Under the pieces are notes generated by a model. That model worked only from the letters and a program-made list of their open reading frames with translations. It was not told the origin of the DNA and searched no databases. Both the position numbers and the translations under genes were made by a program. Shown piece after piece: positions 50,854-62,668 of a DNA stretch of 64,000 bases; position 1 is the first letter of the stretch, and each line of letters begins with the position of its first letter. This DNA is from Candidatus Omnitrophota bacterium (GTDB lineage: Bacteria; Omnitrophota; Omnitrophia; Omnitrophales; Aquincolibacteriaceae), in assembly GCA_903884815.1 (NCBI GenBank), contig CAISGE010000023.1:252-64251 (forward strand). Direction: 5' to 3'.

Positions 50854-51250
50854 AAGGAACCCTCAGATAAAAAGTCCGTTTTAGAAAACGACTCGAACCA
50901 GAGCTTCCCCAGGAAATCGACGCAACCCCTTCCATCAAATAGGCGTCGGGACCTATTTCGTGAAGAGTCATGTCGTACTGATAGGTCCGGTCATCTCCAA
51001 GAAGCGTCCCGCTGTCCTGCCGCTTCTGAAATTCCTTCCCCTTCTCAAGAACCTCCCGTCCAAGCTCCCAAATTTTCCCCTCAAGAAGTCGTTCCGCCTG
51101 ACTTGAGCGTTCGATGACACTCAAAGCTGAAAAGGAATTTAAAAAAACACGCTGCACCGAAACGATCCCCACCGCAAGTATGACCATACTGAGGATCAAT
51201 TCGACAAGGGTGAAGCCGTTGCGACCGCAGGGCCTTATCATCGGCGACAA
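50834..51250 (-). CDS. Minor pseudopilin GspI/PilV-like
   Basis: Prepilin signal …GRNG|FTLVELILSMVIL; 138 aa. Confidence 0.55.
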   Translation of the reverse strand: MSPMIRPCGRNGFTLVELILSMVILAVGIVSVQRVFLNSFSALSVIERSSQAERLLEGKIWELGREVLEKGKEFQKRQDSGTLLGDDRTYQYDMTLHEIGPDAYLMEGVASISWGSSGSSRFLKRTFYLRVPYADWKG

Positions 51251-51259
51251 GAACGCCTC

Positions 51260-51718
51260 CTACTTTTTAGCTTCGGCCGCGACGACCCAGTTCACGATAT
51301 CATCCTTCGTAGCGTCCGGCTTAGGATCCTTTCCAAGTGAAGAAAGGTCATAATCATGCGGCCGGTTCGTTCCGGGAGACTGGTATTGATAGGGCCTTCC
51401 CCAGGCATCCACCGGCATTTTTTCAAGGTAGGGGCCATTCCAATTCTCCGGAATGGGCGTGGTCGTCGGTTTTTGGAGAAGGGCGAGAAGTCCCTGCTCG
51501 GTCGAGGGCAAGAAACCATTGTCCAACTCATAAAGTTTCAGCGCCGTGGGAATATTGACTTCAATATCGGTTTTCGTGGCAACCTGACGCGCTTGATCCG
51601 AACGGCCGGCGAGCCGCGGCACCACCATGGCTGAAAGCGTCGCAATGATGATCACCACTAAAATGATCTCGATCAGTGAAAATCCACGCATAGCCCTTTT
51701 AGATGAGTCCATTCTCAT
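51260..51718 (-). CDS. gspG: T2SS major pseudopilin GspG
   Basis: G|FSLIEIILVV signal, LDNGFLPSTEQGLLAL and DAWGRPYQYQSPG motifs matching the GspG consensus (LDNGRYPTTEQGL; DPWGNPYQYRSPG). Confidence 0.85.
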   Translation of the reverse strand: MRMDSSKRAMRGFSLIEIILVVIIIATLSAMVVPRLAGRSDQARQVATKTDIEVNIPTALKLYELDNGFLPSTEQGLLALLQKPTTTPIPENWNGPYLEKMPVDAWGRPYQYQSPGTNRPHDYDLSSLGKDPKPDATKDDIVNWVVAAEAKK

Positions 51719-51734
51719 ATCTTACCCTCTCTGG

Positions 51735-52955
51735 TTAGGAAACAATGGCATCCATACTGAAGACTGGCAAAAGGATCGCGATCGCCACAAGACCCAAGGC
51801 CACTCCGATCACCAGGATCGTGAGAGGCTCGATGAGATGGGTCATGGACTGGGTATGATCCTCCACCTCCTGTTCATACCAATCTGCGATATCGCCGAAA
51901 GACTGCTCCAGGCGCCCGGTTTGCTCCCCGATCAAAAGGAGATGGATCGCGAAAATCGGAAAAGTCCCGAAACTCTTCAGCGACTCGCTGAGGCTCGCCC
52001 CCTGCTCCACCCGCTGCTCCGCCTGTGTGAGATCCTCTTTCATGGCCTCGTTGGAAACCGCGGGAATCCCGGTGCGGAGCGCTTTCAAAAGGGGAACGCC
52101 CCCTTTGATGAGAATTTCCATGGACCGGGCAAACAGCGCGAACTGCGCCATAAAAAGAATTTTCCCGATGCCTGGCAGCTTCATTTTCATACGATCCCAA
52201 TGAAGACGGTTCTCCGGGGCTTCAAGGCGCTTACGAAGCCATATCGCGAGTACCGCCGCCACTCCCAAAATCATTAGACCATAGTGCTGAAAAAATCCGC
52301 TCACGCCGATAAGCAACCGGGTTAAAAGAGGAAGCATTTGTCCGAGATCAGAAAAAAGTTTTGCAAATTTCGGGACCACATAGGTCAGAAGAAAAAAAAG
52401 TGCGGCGCTGCCGAGCAGAACAATAAATGCGGGATAGGTCAGCGCATTTCGAACCTTCCGGATGGTCGCCGACTGCTTTTCGGAACACTCGGCAAGACGC
52501 TGGAACGCATCATCGAGATGTCCCGTATGCTCCCCCAATTCGATCATTGCGACCGCAAAGGATCCGAAAGTTTTTGGATATCCGGCCATCGCCATGGAGA
52601 GAGGATTTCCCTGACGGACCTGTTCCTTTAAGGCCTCGAGGACGGGCTGAAGCCGCGGATTATGGGATTGTTCTGCCACAAGCACCAAGGCGGGAAGGAG
52701 TGGAACGCCGGATCTCAGAAGGCGTCCAAATTGTCTGTAAAAAACGGCAACGGCATGTCCCTCCCCCTTAAAGGAGGAGACCGCCATCTCCCCAAAGACA
52801 TGATTTTGTTTCCCCTCAGAATCCTCCTCGATCAACTCGACCGGGATAAGTCCCATCTCGTTGATCTTTTCGATCGCTTCATCCTTCGTTTCCGCAGAGA
52901 GGAGCCCCTTGACAAGTTCCAACCCCTTTTTGGCCTGATATCTAAACTGCCTCAT
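51735..52955 (-). CDS. gspF: T2SS inner-membrane platform protein GspF
   Basis: 406 aa with two GspF repeats and three TM helices. Confidence 0.85.
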   Translation of the reverse strand: MRQFRYQAKKGLELVKGLLSAETKDEAIEKINEMGLIPVELIEEDSEGKQNHVFGEMAVSSFKGEGHAVAVFYRQFGRLLRSGVPLLPALVLVAEQSHNPRLQPVLEALKEQVRQGNPLSMAMAGYPKTFGSFAVAMIELGEHTGHLDDAFQRLAECSEKQSATIRKVRNALTYPAFIVLLGSAALFFLLTYVVPKFAKLFSDLGQMLPLLTRLLIGVSGFFQHYGLMILGVAAVLAIWLRKRLEAPENRLHWDRMKMKLPGIGKILFMAQFALFARSMEILIKGGVPLLKALRTGIPAVSNEAMKEDLTQAEQRVEQGASLSESLKSFGTFPIFAIHLLLIGEQTGRLEQSFGDIADWYEQEVEDHTQSMTHLIEPLTILVIGVALGLVAIAILLPVFSMDAIVS

Positions 52956-53599
52956 GGTTTTCCAAAGCTCGTTTCAAAAAAGGCGGTCAGCAATTTTCTG
53001 TTCTCCGCATTCATCGGAAGAAAGATCGCTCCGACGAGAACCGACCGCTCCCCTCCCTGCACAGCTGCCTCCGCAGAATAGACCACACGAATGATCTGGA
53101 CCTTGGCGATAAAGTCTTCCGGACCTTTGCCACCCGTCAAAACCGTTTTGATCTCAAGGATGCTCCCCGGCTCAAGAACATCCGCCAGTGAAAAATCGCC
53201 CCACTCTTTTTTGAAATCCTCAAAAGACCTCTGCGGATCAGCAACCGAAAAACAGACCCCCCCCGGGCTGAAATCTTTCTCGTGTCCCTGAAACTCGAGT
53301 TTTAACAAAGGACCTATTAAGGGAAGAAGGAGACGCGAGCTCCCCCCATATTCAACGACATGGAACGCCAAGGGAGAATTGGAAGCAATACGGCGACACT
53401 GCCGTCCCTTTTTAAAACGGACGAGCAACATTTCACCCAGGTTTTCTTTTTGACGTTGATTCATCATTACTTCGGTCATTTCGGTCATGGAAAAACCCAT
53501 ACCACTGATACTTTCAGCGGCATCCTCCTCCGTCTCGGAAAAAAGTATCCCTTTAATAAGATCCGATCCCTTCTTGGCCTGGTATCTGAATTGTTTCAT
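52952..53599 (-). CDS. GspF-N-terminus-like segment fused to a PilZ (c-di-GMP receptor) domain
   Basis: N-terminal 45 aa, MKQFRYQAKKGSDLIKGILFSETEEDAAESISGMGF, are about 60% identical to the GspF N-terminus. PilZ motifs RQCRR (RxxxR) and DFSPGG (DxSxGG). C-terminal 120 aa paralogous to the GspE C-terminal PilZ (EFQGHxxDxSxGGxxFSVxDP). Confidence 0.65.
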   Translation of the reverse strand: MKQFRYQAKKGSDLIKGILFSETEEDAAESISGMGFSMTEMTEVMMNQRQKENLGEMLLVRFKKGRQCRRIASNSPLAFHVVEYGGSSRLLLPLIGPLLKLEFQGHEKDFSPGGVCFSVADPQRSFEDFKKEWGDFSLADVLEPGSILEIKTVLTGGKGPEDFIAKVQIIRVVYSAEAAVQGGERSVLVGAIFLPMNAENRKLLTAFFETSFGKP

Positions 53600-55908
53600 G
53601 GGGTTGGCTCCTTATTCGCTTCACAGAATTTCACTAAACGGTGTCTGTCTTCACTATGAATGGCGAGAAAGGAAGCACCGACGCGCCGAGGTTCTGCGCT
53701 TCCCGGGGCTACGGGGGGATGGGTCACTCTAAGTATTTTGACCATCGCCATACATTCCACGGGCTTTCCTCCATCTCGAATCAGGATCTTGAGATCCAGA
53801 ATGGTCCCGGATTCAAAGGTTTTCCCAAACGCGTAGGCCCCGGCATCACCCCCCGTCTGTTTTTCAGCAATCTTCGGATCATCAACTGAAAAATAAATCC
53901 CTCCGGCGCTAAGATCCCGGGCATGACCTTGGAACTCAAAGGCGGCGAGCTTTGCCTTTGCCGGAGAACTCAGCGGCATGATCCCTTTATACTCAATGAT
54001 CCTGAAGGTCACGGGGACATCGCAAGCCACCCGCTGAAACTTTCTTAAATTCGTAAATTGGAAACCCTGCGTTTTCTGGGAGGGCGGCGTCCCGGCGGCA
54101 AGGGCCGGGGGAATCCTTGACACACCCTGTGTCCCCGCGTCACGAACGGAACCTTCGGAGAGCTCGCCTCCCGGGTTTTCCTCTAGTAACTCAAGCCTGT
54201 CTTCCTCCGTCGTCTCCAGAACTTCTTCGGGGGTCGTCACACCCGCAAGAACCTTCTCCCAGCCGCTAAAACGAAGCGAGGTCATCCCCTGTCGGGTGGC
54301 CGCAAGTTTGATCGTCTCAGCCGTCATTCTTTCCATGATGAGTTTCCGGATCTCCTCGGTCAGAGGCAGAAATTCATGGATCGCGATCCTCCCGCGAAAT
54401 CCGGTCTGATTGCATTCCTCACAACCAACCCCTCGAAAAACACGGATGTCTCCTTGAGGGATCCCGTATTCACTCTCGATCAACTTCTTGATCTCCGGAG
54501 AAACTTGCATATCCTCCGCTTTACAGTGAGGACAAATAACGCGTATCAAACGCTGCGCGATAAATGCCACAACACTCGACGCGATCAGATAGGGCTCCAC
54601 CCCGATATCGAGAAGGCGCGTGACACCGCTCGCGGCATCGTTCGTATGCAACGTGGAGAGGATCAGATGACCCGTCAGCGCGGCACGAATAGCGATATCC
54701 GCCGTTTCCAGGTCCCGGACCTCGCCCACCATCATCACATCGGGATCCTGGCGGAGCATACTGCGGAGACCGTTGGCAAAGGTCAATCCGATCTCGGGCG
54801 CGACATGAATCTGGCTGATGCCTTCCAACTCATATTCCACGGGATCCTCGATCGTGATGATCTTCCGCCCCGGGATATTCAACCTGTTGAGCGCCGCATA
54901 AAGGGTGGTGCTCTTCCCGCTTCCCGTCGGCCCCGTCGCAAAAATGATCCCGTTATTCCGCCCCAGTAGCTCTTCAAGAAGCTTCTGATGTCTTGGCTCA
55001 AAGCCCAGCTCTTCCAGCTTGAAGATATTCTTTCCGGGCAGAATGCGAATGACGACGCTCTCGCCGCTTGCGGTAGGAATAAAAGACACCCGGAGATCCA
55101 AGGTCTCGTCCAAGGTTTTGACCCTGAGCTTCCCATCCTGCGGCAATCGTTTTTCGGCAACATTCAGATTCGCCATGATCTTGATGCGGGAGAGCATCGG
55201 CGCGAAAAAATCTTTCAACTCCCGAGGGACGGGAGCCTCCTGCAAAAGACCATCCACTCTATAGCGCAGCCGGATGCCCGAAGGCAAAGGCTCCAGATGG
55301 ATATCGCTAGCCCTCCGTTTATAGGCATCCAGAATGATCTGGTTAACCACATGAGCCACGGAGGGAGCCGCAGCGAGCTTTTCGATATCCTCAACCTCTT
55401 GAGCTGTGGAGACTGCCACATGGCGGTCTTGCGCCGGGGTTTCGGAAAGGATTCTCTCGACGGTATCGGCCGCCAGTCCGTAATAGCGCTGCAGCATTTC
55501 CGCGATCTCGTGCTCTGAAGCAAAGCACACTTCAATGTCAAAACCCAATGCAAAACGAACCTCGTCAAGCGTATGGATATCCAGAACCCGGGAGCTTGCG
55601 ATAAGGAGCTTCCCGCCCTCCAGGCGGACGGGGAAAAACTTGTAATACGAGGCGAACTTTACCGGCACCCGTTTAAAAATAGAGATATCGGGCGTCGTCT
55701 TTTTTAAACTTATAACCGGACAACCGGTCTCTTTAGAGAAGATCTCCAAAAGAGCATCCTCCTTGAGAAGCCCGGCCTCAAGAACAAGATGCAAAAAGGG
55801 TTGCCCGGAGTGCTCCGCTTTTTTAAAGATCTCCTCAATCTTCCCCTTGGGCAAGACCCCCGAGTTTAAGAGGATCTTGTAGGAAGCCCTGTCCGGAGCG
55901 ATTTTCAT
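53596..55908 (-). CDS. gspE: T2SS ATPase GspE with C-terminal PilZ domain fusion
   Basis: 770 aa: T2SSE_N domain, Walker A GPTGSGKST, tetracysteine CPHC…CEEC, then an extra ~200 aa carrying RKFQR (RxxxR) and DLSAGG (DxSxGG) PilZ motifs. Confidence 0.85.
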   Translation of the reverse strand: MKIAPDRASYKILLNSGVLPKGKIEEIFKKAEHSGQPFLHLVLEAGLLKEDALLEIFSKETGCPVISLKKTTPDISIFKRVPVKFASYYKFFPVRLEGGKLLIASSRVLDIHTLDEVRFALGFDIEVCFASEHEIAEMLQRYYGLAADTVERILSETPAQDRHVAVSTAQEVEDIEKLAAAPSVAHVVNQIILDAYKRRASDIHLEPLPSGIRLRYRVDGLLQEAPVPRELKDFFAPMLSRIKIMANLNVAEKRLPQDGKLRVKTLDETLDLRVSFIPTASGESVVIRILPGKNIFKLEELGFEPRHQKLLEELLGRNNGIIFATGPTGSGKSTTLYAALNRLNIPGRKIITIEDPVEYELEGISQIHVAPEIGLTFANGLRSMLRQDPDVMMVGEVRDLETADIAIRAALTGHLILSTLHTNDAASGVTRLLDIGVEPYLIASSVVAFIAQRLIRVICPHCKAEDMQVSPEIKKLIESEYGIPQGDIRVFRGVGCEECNQTGFRGRIAIHEFLPLTEEIRKLIMERMTAETIKLAATRQGMTSLRFSGWEKVLAGVTTPEEVLETTEEDRLELLEENPGGELSEGSVRDAGTQGVSRIPPALAAGTPPSQKTQGFQFTNLRKFQRVACDVPVTFRIIEYKGIMPLSSPAKAKLAAFEFQGHARDLSAGGIYFSVDDPKIAEKQTGGDAGAYAFGKTFESGTILDLKILIRDGGKPVECMAMVKILRVTHPPVAPGSAEPRRVGASFLAIHSEDRHRLVKFCEANKEPTP

Positions 55909-55917
55909 GGGAATCTG

Positions 55918-58286
<2,369 letters not shown>

Positions 58287-58307
58287 AGAGCCTCTTCTTT
58301 TTAAACT

Positions 58308-59045
58308 TCAGCTGTTCGACAACTTCTCTTTAACCAGGCTTGTGGCTTCCACGATGGCATTCGCGAAGCTTCCATTCAGCACCAGCGTCCCGACCTGCAC
58401 GGCCACTCCCGCCACCAATTTTTCATCCACAACCTCTTCCACCTGAAGGTCCGGCGCACCAATTCTATCGGCAAGCACTTGGCGCAACATTTCTTTTTCT
58501 TCCTTCTTAAGAACCAGTGCGGTCCGGATCGTGGGATGTTGCCCCTTGAGATCCATGGAGCCCAGGTCGGATTGCTTCGCCTGCTCCACAAAATTCAGGA
58601 TAAACTGCTCGTGGATCATCCTCTTGAGTTTTTCATCATAAACATCCTTTAAAACATCCGCTGTAAAATCCACGATCTTTTTGCTGGCCGCAATTTCCAT
58701 CTCTTTGGCGAATTGCGCGCGAGATCCATGGGCCTTGGCCAGAATATCTTCGGCCTCCGCGCGTGCTTTTTTAAGGATCTCATCCTCTTTCTTGTGAACT
58801 TCTTCCATGGCCTGGCTGGCGAGCTTTTCCGCGATCGCAGATGACTCTTCCTTCTTGGCCTGGTACTCCTTTTCCGCCGTTTCGAGTTTCTCGGTAAGAT
58901 CCTTTTGCTTCTTCACCAGATCCTCATAAACAATCCCCAGCCTTTTGACCGCGCTCTCGGTATCACCTGAGAGGATTTTTTTCAGAAAATACACCACCGC
59001 AGAAAAAACAATGACCTGAAGGACAATAAATTGAAGCGTCAGCAT
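58308..59045 (-). CDS. F-type ATPase b/delta fusion (peripheral stalk)
   Basis: N-terminal TM plus a long charged helix (b-like) and a C-terminal OSCP/delta-like end (AGVAVQVGTLVLNGSFANAI). Confidence 0.55.
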   Translation of the reverse strand: MLTLQFIVLQVIVFSAVVYFLKKILSGDTESAVKRLGIVYEDLVKKQKDLTEKLETAEKEYQAKKEESSAIAEKLASQAMEEVHKKEDEILKKARAEAEDILAKAHGSRAQFAKEMEIAASKKIVDFTADVLKDVYDEKLKRMIHEQFILNFVEQAKQSDLGSMDLKGQHPTIRTALVLKKEEKEMLRQVLADRIGAPDLQVEEVVDEKLVAGVAVQVGTLVLNGSFANAIVEATSLVKEKLSNS

Positions 59046-59060
59046 ACAAAGTTCCTCTCT

Positions 59061-59282
59061 TTAAAGAGCTTTTGGCGAAAAGATCTGAAAGACCACCAGA
59101 AGTGAAATGATCGATGCCGCCTCCGCGAAAAGCAGCATCAAAATAACGCCCAGGTAGATCTTCGGAGCCGCGGAAGGATTCCTCCCCAGGGCCTGGATCG
59201 TTGCGGCGCCCACAACGGCGATTACAATGGAAGGTCCGATAACGGCGATGAACATCACGGCGATCACGATAAAATTTTGCAT
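59061..59282 (-). CDS. F-type ATPase c subunit (proteolipid)
   Basis: 73 aa helical hairpin: Gly/Ala-rich helix 1 with Gln, loop GRNP (compare RQP), and helix 2 LLFAEAASIISLL with the carboxylate Glu. Confidence 0.75.
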   Translation of the reverse strand: MQNFIVIAVMFIAVIGPSIVIAVVGAATIQALGRNPSAAPKIYLGVILMLLFAEAASIISLLVVFQIFSPKAL

Positions 59283-59376
59283 AGACTATAATCCTTTCTT
59301 CGAACGCTGTTCCCTTTTCAATTCCACGGGTAACAATACCGTGTCACATTCCTCTAATTTCAAAGTCAATGAGGCA

Positions 59377-59655
59377 CTAAATATCCCAGAGCTGCTTGTA
59401 GTTTTTATAACTCGGATCAACCTCAGCGATAATGCGACATTGATTATTCCTAAAACTCAAAACCCCGACTTTGATCGGAATACTTTCATGATCCGCAATC
59501 TTCAGCTCCCCTTCCGGGATAGAAGACACAAGGGGATGATGAAAGGCCAAGAGCTCGAACTCCCCATCATCGCCTGTCAAATAGACCGATTCAACAAGAT
59601 CATCAAAGGCAAGTCCCTTCAGGCTCAACACTTGCAGATTGAATCTTGGCTTCAT
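59377..59655 (-). CDS. F-type ATPase epsilon-subunit homolog (beta-sandwich only)
   Basis: 92 aa with an N-terminal beta-sandwich pattern (…GEFELLAFHHPLVSSIPEGELKI…). Lacks the C-terminal helical hairpin. Confidence 0.55.
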   Translation of the reverse strand: MKPRFNLQVLSLKGLAFDDLVESVYLTGDDGEFELLAFHHPLVSSIPEGELKIADHESIPIKVGVLSFRNNQCRIIAEVDPSYKNYKQLWDI

Positions 59656-59664
59656 AATCCCCCT

Positions 59665-61161
59665 TTAGGCCACTTCAACAGCCGATTCCGCCTCTGCAGT
59701 CAAGAATTTCTTCTTGATGACTGCCACGTAATCCTCCAAAACGCGTTTCATCCTGCTCTTGATCTCATCCGTGAGAGCTTTCTTATCGCGAATAAGGGCA
59801 AAGAGCGGTGTATCTGCCTTCCGTGCGAAAGCCTCAAAGCCCGCGATGAACTCCTGCACGTGGGGAACTTCCAAGTCTTTAAACAAATTTTCAGCCTTGG
59901 CATAAAAGAGCATGATCTGTATCTCGATCGTTACGGGTTTATTCGCCGGCTGAGTGAGCAGCGCCTGAAGGATTTTGCCCGAGCGGAGACTTTCACGCGT
60001 CTCCTCCGACGCGCCCGAGGCCTGCAACTTACTCGCACGCAAAAGCTCCTTAAATTGAATAAATTCCATACGTAATGTTTTAGAAATCTCCTTCGTCGCT
60101 TTCCATTGCACTTTGCTTCCGACGCGTGAAACCGAAAGACCGATATCGACGGCAGGACGGAAGCCTTCATTAAAGAGAGAACCGTTCAAAAAAAGCTGCC
60201 CGTCGGTCATGGAAACAAGATTGGTGGGGACGAAAGCTGTGAGATCCCCCTCTTGAAGTTCCACCACGGGAATAAAGGTCATGGAACCGCTACCGTGCTT
60301 TGCATCAAGCTGTGCGGCCCGCTCGATCATGCGCGAGTGCAGATAAAAAATATCCCCGGGGTAAGAATCGCGTCCCGGCGGCACGCCCATCAGAAGGGAG
60401 AGTTCGCGATAGGCCCAGGCATGTTTCGTGAAATCATCGAAGAAAACAAAGACATCTTTACCGCGGTCCCTGAAATATTCCCCGATCGAGCATGCCGCAT
60501 AAGGCGCCAGATATTGCTGACCCGGCGAGCTTGAGGCCGGCGCGCAGAGGATAGTGGTATACTCGAAACATCCGTGCTCTTTAAAAAGAGAAACGACTTT
60601 TCCCATCGAGGAGGCCGTCTTTCCAATCGCACAATAAATACAGAAAACATCTTTTCCTTTTTGGTTGAGAATAATATCCGTACCGACAGTGGTTTTTCCG
60701 GTCATTTTATCACCCAGGATCAAAGACCGCTGCCCCTTGCCGAGAGGGAGCATCGAATCGATCAGCTTCACGCCGGTTTCAAAGGAGCGACTTAATGTAG
60801 CGCGATCCATAATTGCCGGGGCATCATTAAAATAAGGGATGTATTCTTCCAGTTTGAGGGTCCCCAACCCATCCATCGACTCCCCGAGAGGGTTCATGAT
60901 CCTGCCCACGGAGGCTGGCCCTACCGGCATGCTGAAGGGCTCCAGTGTCGCGATCGCCGGATTACCCGGCGACAAGGGCTCATTCTCTTTGATGATCAAT
61001 ATTTGGGCCGCATTCAAGTCACACCCCATGAGCACACCCTGAGTCCCATACCCAAACTGAACCAATTGCCCTAGGAAACAGTTCTGGAGCCCCGTAACCT
61101 GGACGATGCAACCGCTCACAGATTTGATGATTCCAGTTTCCTTAAACCGTAATTCTTCCAT
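59665..61161 (-). CDS. F-type ATPase alpha-subunit homolog (divergent)
   Basis: P-loop GDKMTGKT (canonical GDRQTGKT), N-terminal beta-barrel, C-terminal helical bundle; 498 aa. Confidence 0.85.
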   Translation of the reverse strand: MEELRFKETGIIKSVSGCIVQVTGLQNCFLGQLVQFGYGTQGVLMGCDLNAAQILIIKENEPLSPGNPAIATLEPFSMPVGPASVGRIMNPLGESMDGLGTLKLEEYIPYFNDAPAIMDRATLSRSFETGVKLIDSMLPLGKGQRSLILGDKMTGKTTVGTDIILNQKGKDVFCIYCAIGKTASSMGKVVSLFKEHGCFEYTTILCAPASSSPGQQYLAPYAACSIGEYFRDRGKDVFVFFDDFTKHAWAYRELSLLMGVPPGRDSYPGDIFYLHSRMIERAAQLDAKHGSGSMTFIPVVELQEGDLTAFVPTNLVSMTDGQLFLNGSLFNEGFRPAVDIGLSVSRVGSKVQWKATKEISKTLRMEFIQFKELLRASKLQASGASEETRESLRSGKILQALLTQPANKPVTIEIQIMLFYAKAENLFKDLEVPHVQEFIAGFEAFARKADTPLFALIRDKKALTDEIKSRMKRVLEDYVAVIKKKFLTAEAESAVEVA

Positions 61162-61182
61162 AATCGATAATTCCCTTTATGA

Positions 61183-62601
61183 TTACTTTTTCTCTGCCGG
61201 AGGTTCCGCCGGAGGAGGCGGAGCCTGAGAATCGCTCCCTTTCACTTCTGTAACTCCCTTTTTAGGAGCAAACTTATTTTTCTGTAGTTGTTTTAGCATG
61301 ATCAGGTAAAAAGCCGTCGAAACGACAGCCAGGAAAATAATGATCCCGAAGATGATCCACCAGGTTGCCGCGGTATTGGGCTTGAGCCCCATGGCCATCA
61401 GCACAATATCTTTCATGTCTGCAAGTTTTTTGATGAAATCTTTAATCTTTTCCGCGATCGCCGCATCATCTTTTTTGAGACCGGCTTCCCCAACCATTTG
61501 CTGGAGATTGTGAAGTTTCGCCTTAGCCACATTCATTTGCTGGCTGTTCAGCACAAAAGCTCGCATCCTATCTTCCAAAGCCAGTGAAGACTCAAGCTCG
61601 GCCTGCAACTTTGTGATTCCCGACAAAATCTCAAGGATCTGGCTCCCCTGAGCTTCGCAATATTTCCCGAACGAAGAATCCTTGAGAAGATCCATTAACC
61701 TTTCGGTCTGTTCCTTCATAAACTTGATCTCCTGGTCCGAGACGCGCCAGACATCCTTGACCGTAATCATATATTTTTTGGATTCCTTCGCGGCAAACTG
61801 GTCCTGTTTTTCAAGCGCGTAGGTTTTCTGCGCCGCGTCATAGAGCAGCTCAAAATCGAGTTTGTCGATCACATCGTCAGCCGCAATCTCCTTGGGCAAC
61901 AGTGAGCGCACCGTCATCGCTTTCGGCTCAGAAGAGGGATTCTCAGCGGTGATCAGAAACCGGGCCTGGGGGATACCTGCTTTCTTTTCATCTTCGAGCT
62001 TGCGCATTGCCGCGAGCGACAGAGCGTTTGACTGGATTTCCTGAAGCTGAAGCACGTGGGCACGATAGAGCTCAATATGCTGCTTAATGCCAACCGGTTT
62101 ACTTTGCTCTTCAAGAATGCGGTCAATCCCCCCCTGAGCTTTTTCGTAAAGCAGCTGCGCCGTGTCCAAGTATTTCGTACCTTTCAGCCCGTTGATCTGC
62201 GCTTCAAGGTCCTTTTTGATGGCATCGACCTGCTCGGGCATGACCTGCCAGACATCCCGCACACGGACCTCAAAGGTGCGAGTTTCGCGTGGTTTGAGTT
62301 CCACTTCTCCCGTAAGCATAAAGGCCTTGTTATCCGGATCAAAACGGACTTCGAGCCCAGCCTTATCGATGATATCTTTGGCAGGATCCACTTCTCCGGG
62401 TAAAGGCTGAGAAATCACCGTCTTGAGAGACTGACTTTCAGAGGGATTGACGGCGAGAATTTTGAACTTCACATCCGAGGCGGCATGCAGCGGACAAGGC
62501 AGGGAAAGCCCCAAGGCCCCAAGAATTAAAACAAAGTTGATAATTCGTCGCATGCGCGCTCGCGATCCTTGATGTTGGGTTCCACAAATAACAGAAGTCA
62601 T
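61183..62601 (-). CDS. Secreted, C-terminally membrane-anchored protein with two internal ~190-aa repeats and a Pro-rich tail
   Basis: Signal peptide MRRIINFVLILGALGLSLPCPLHA; internal duplication (…FMLTGEVELKPRETRTFEVRVRDVWQVMPEQVDAIKKDLE… versus …YMITVKDVWRVSDQEIKFMKEQTERLMDLLK…); C-terminal TM WWIIFGIIIFLAVV and PPPPAEPPAEKK tail. Sits 22 nt upstream of the alpha-subunit gene. Confidence 0.4.
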   Translation of the reverse strand: MTSVICGTQHQGSRARMRRIINFVLILGALGLSLPCPLHAASDVKFKILAVNPSESQSLKTVISQPLPGEVDPAKDIIDKAGLEVRFDPDNKAFMLTGEVELKPRETRTFEVRVRDVWQVMPEQVDAIKKDLEAQINGLKGTKYLDTAQLLYEKAQGGIDRILEEQSKPVGIKQHIELYRAHVLQLQEIQSNALSLAAMRKLEDEKKAGIPQARFLITAENPSSEPKAMTVRSLLPKEIAADDVIDKLDFELLYDAAQKTYALEKQDQFAAKESKKYMITVKDVWRVSDQEIKFMKEQTERLMDLLKDSSFGKYCEAQGSQILEILSGITKLQAELESSLALEDRMRAFVLNSQQMNVAKAKLHNLQQMVGEAGLKKDDAAIAEKIKDFIKKLADMKDIVLMAMGLKPNTAATWWIIFGIIIFLAVVSTAFYLIMLKQLQKNKFAPKKGVTEVKGSDSQAPPPPAEPPAEKK

Positions 62602-62668
62602 GGGTTATTTAACGGCAACTCATGCAGCGACCCTAAGACACACTATTCAGAACACTGGTTTTTTTCGT

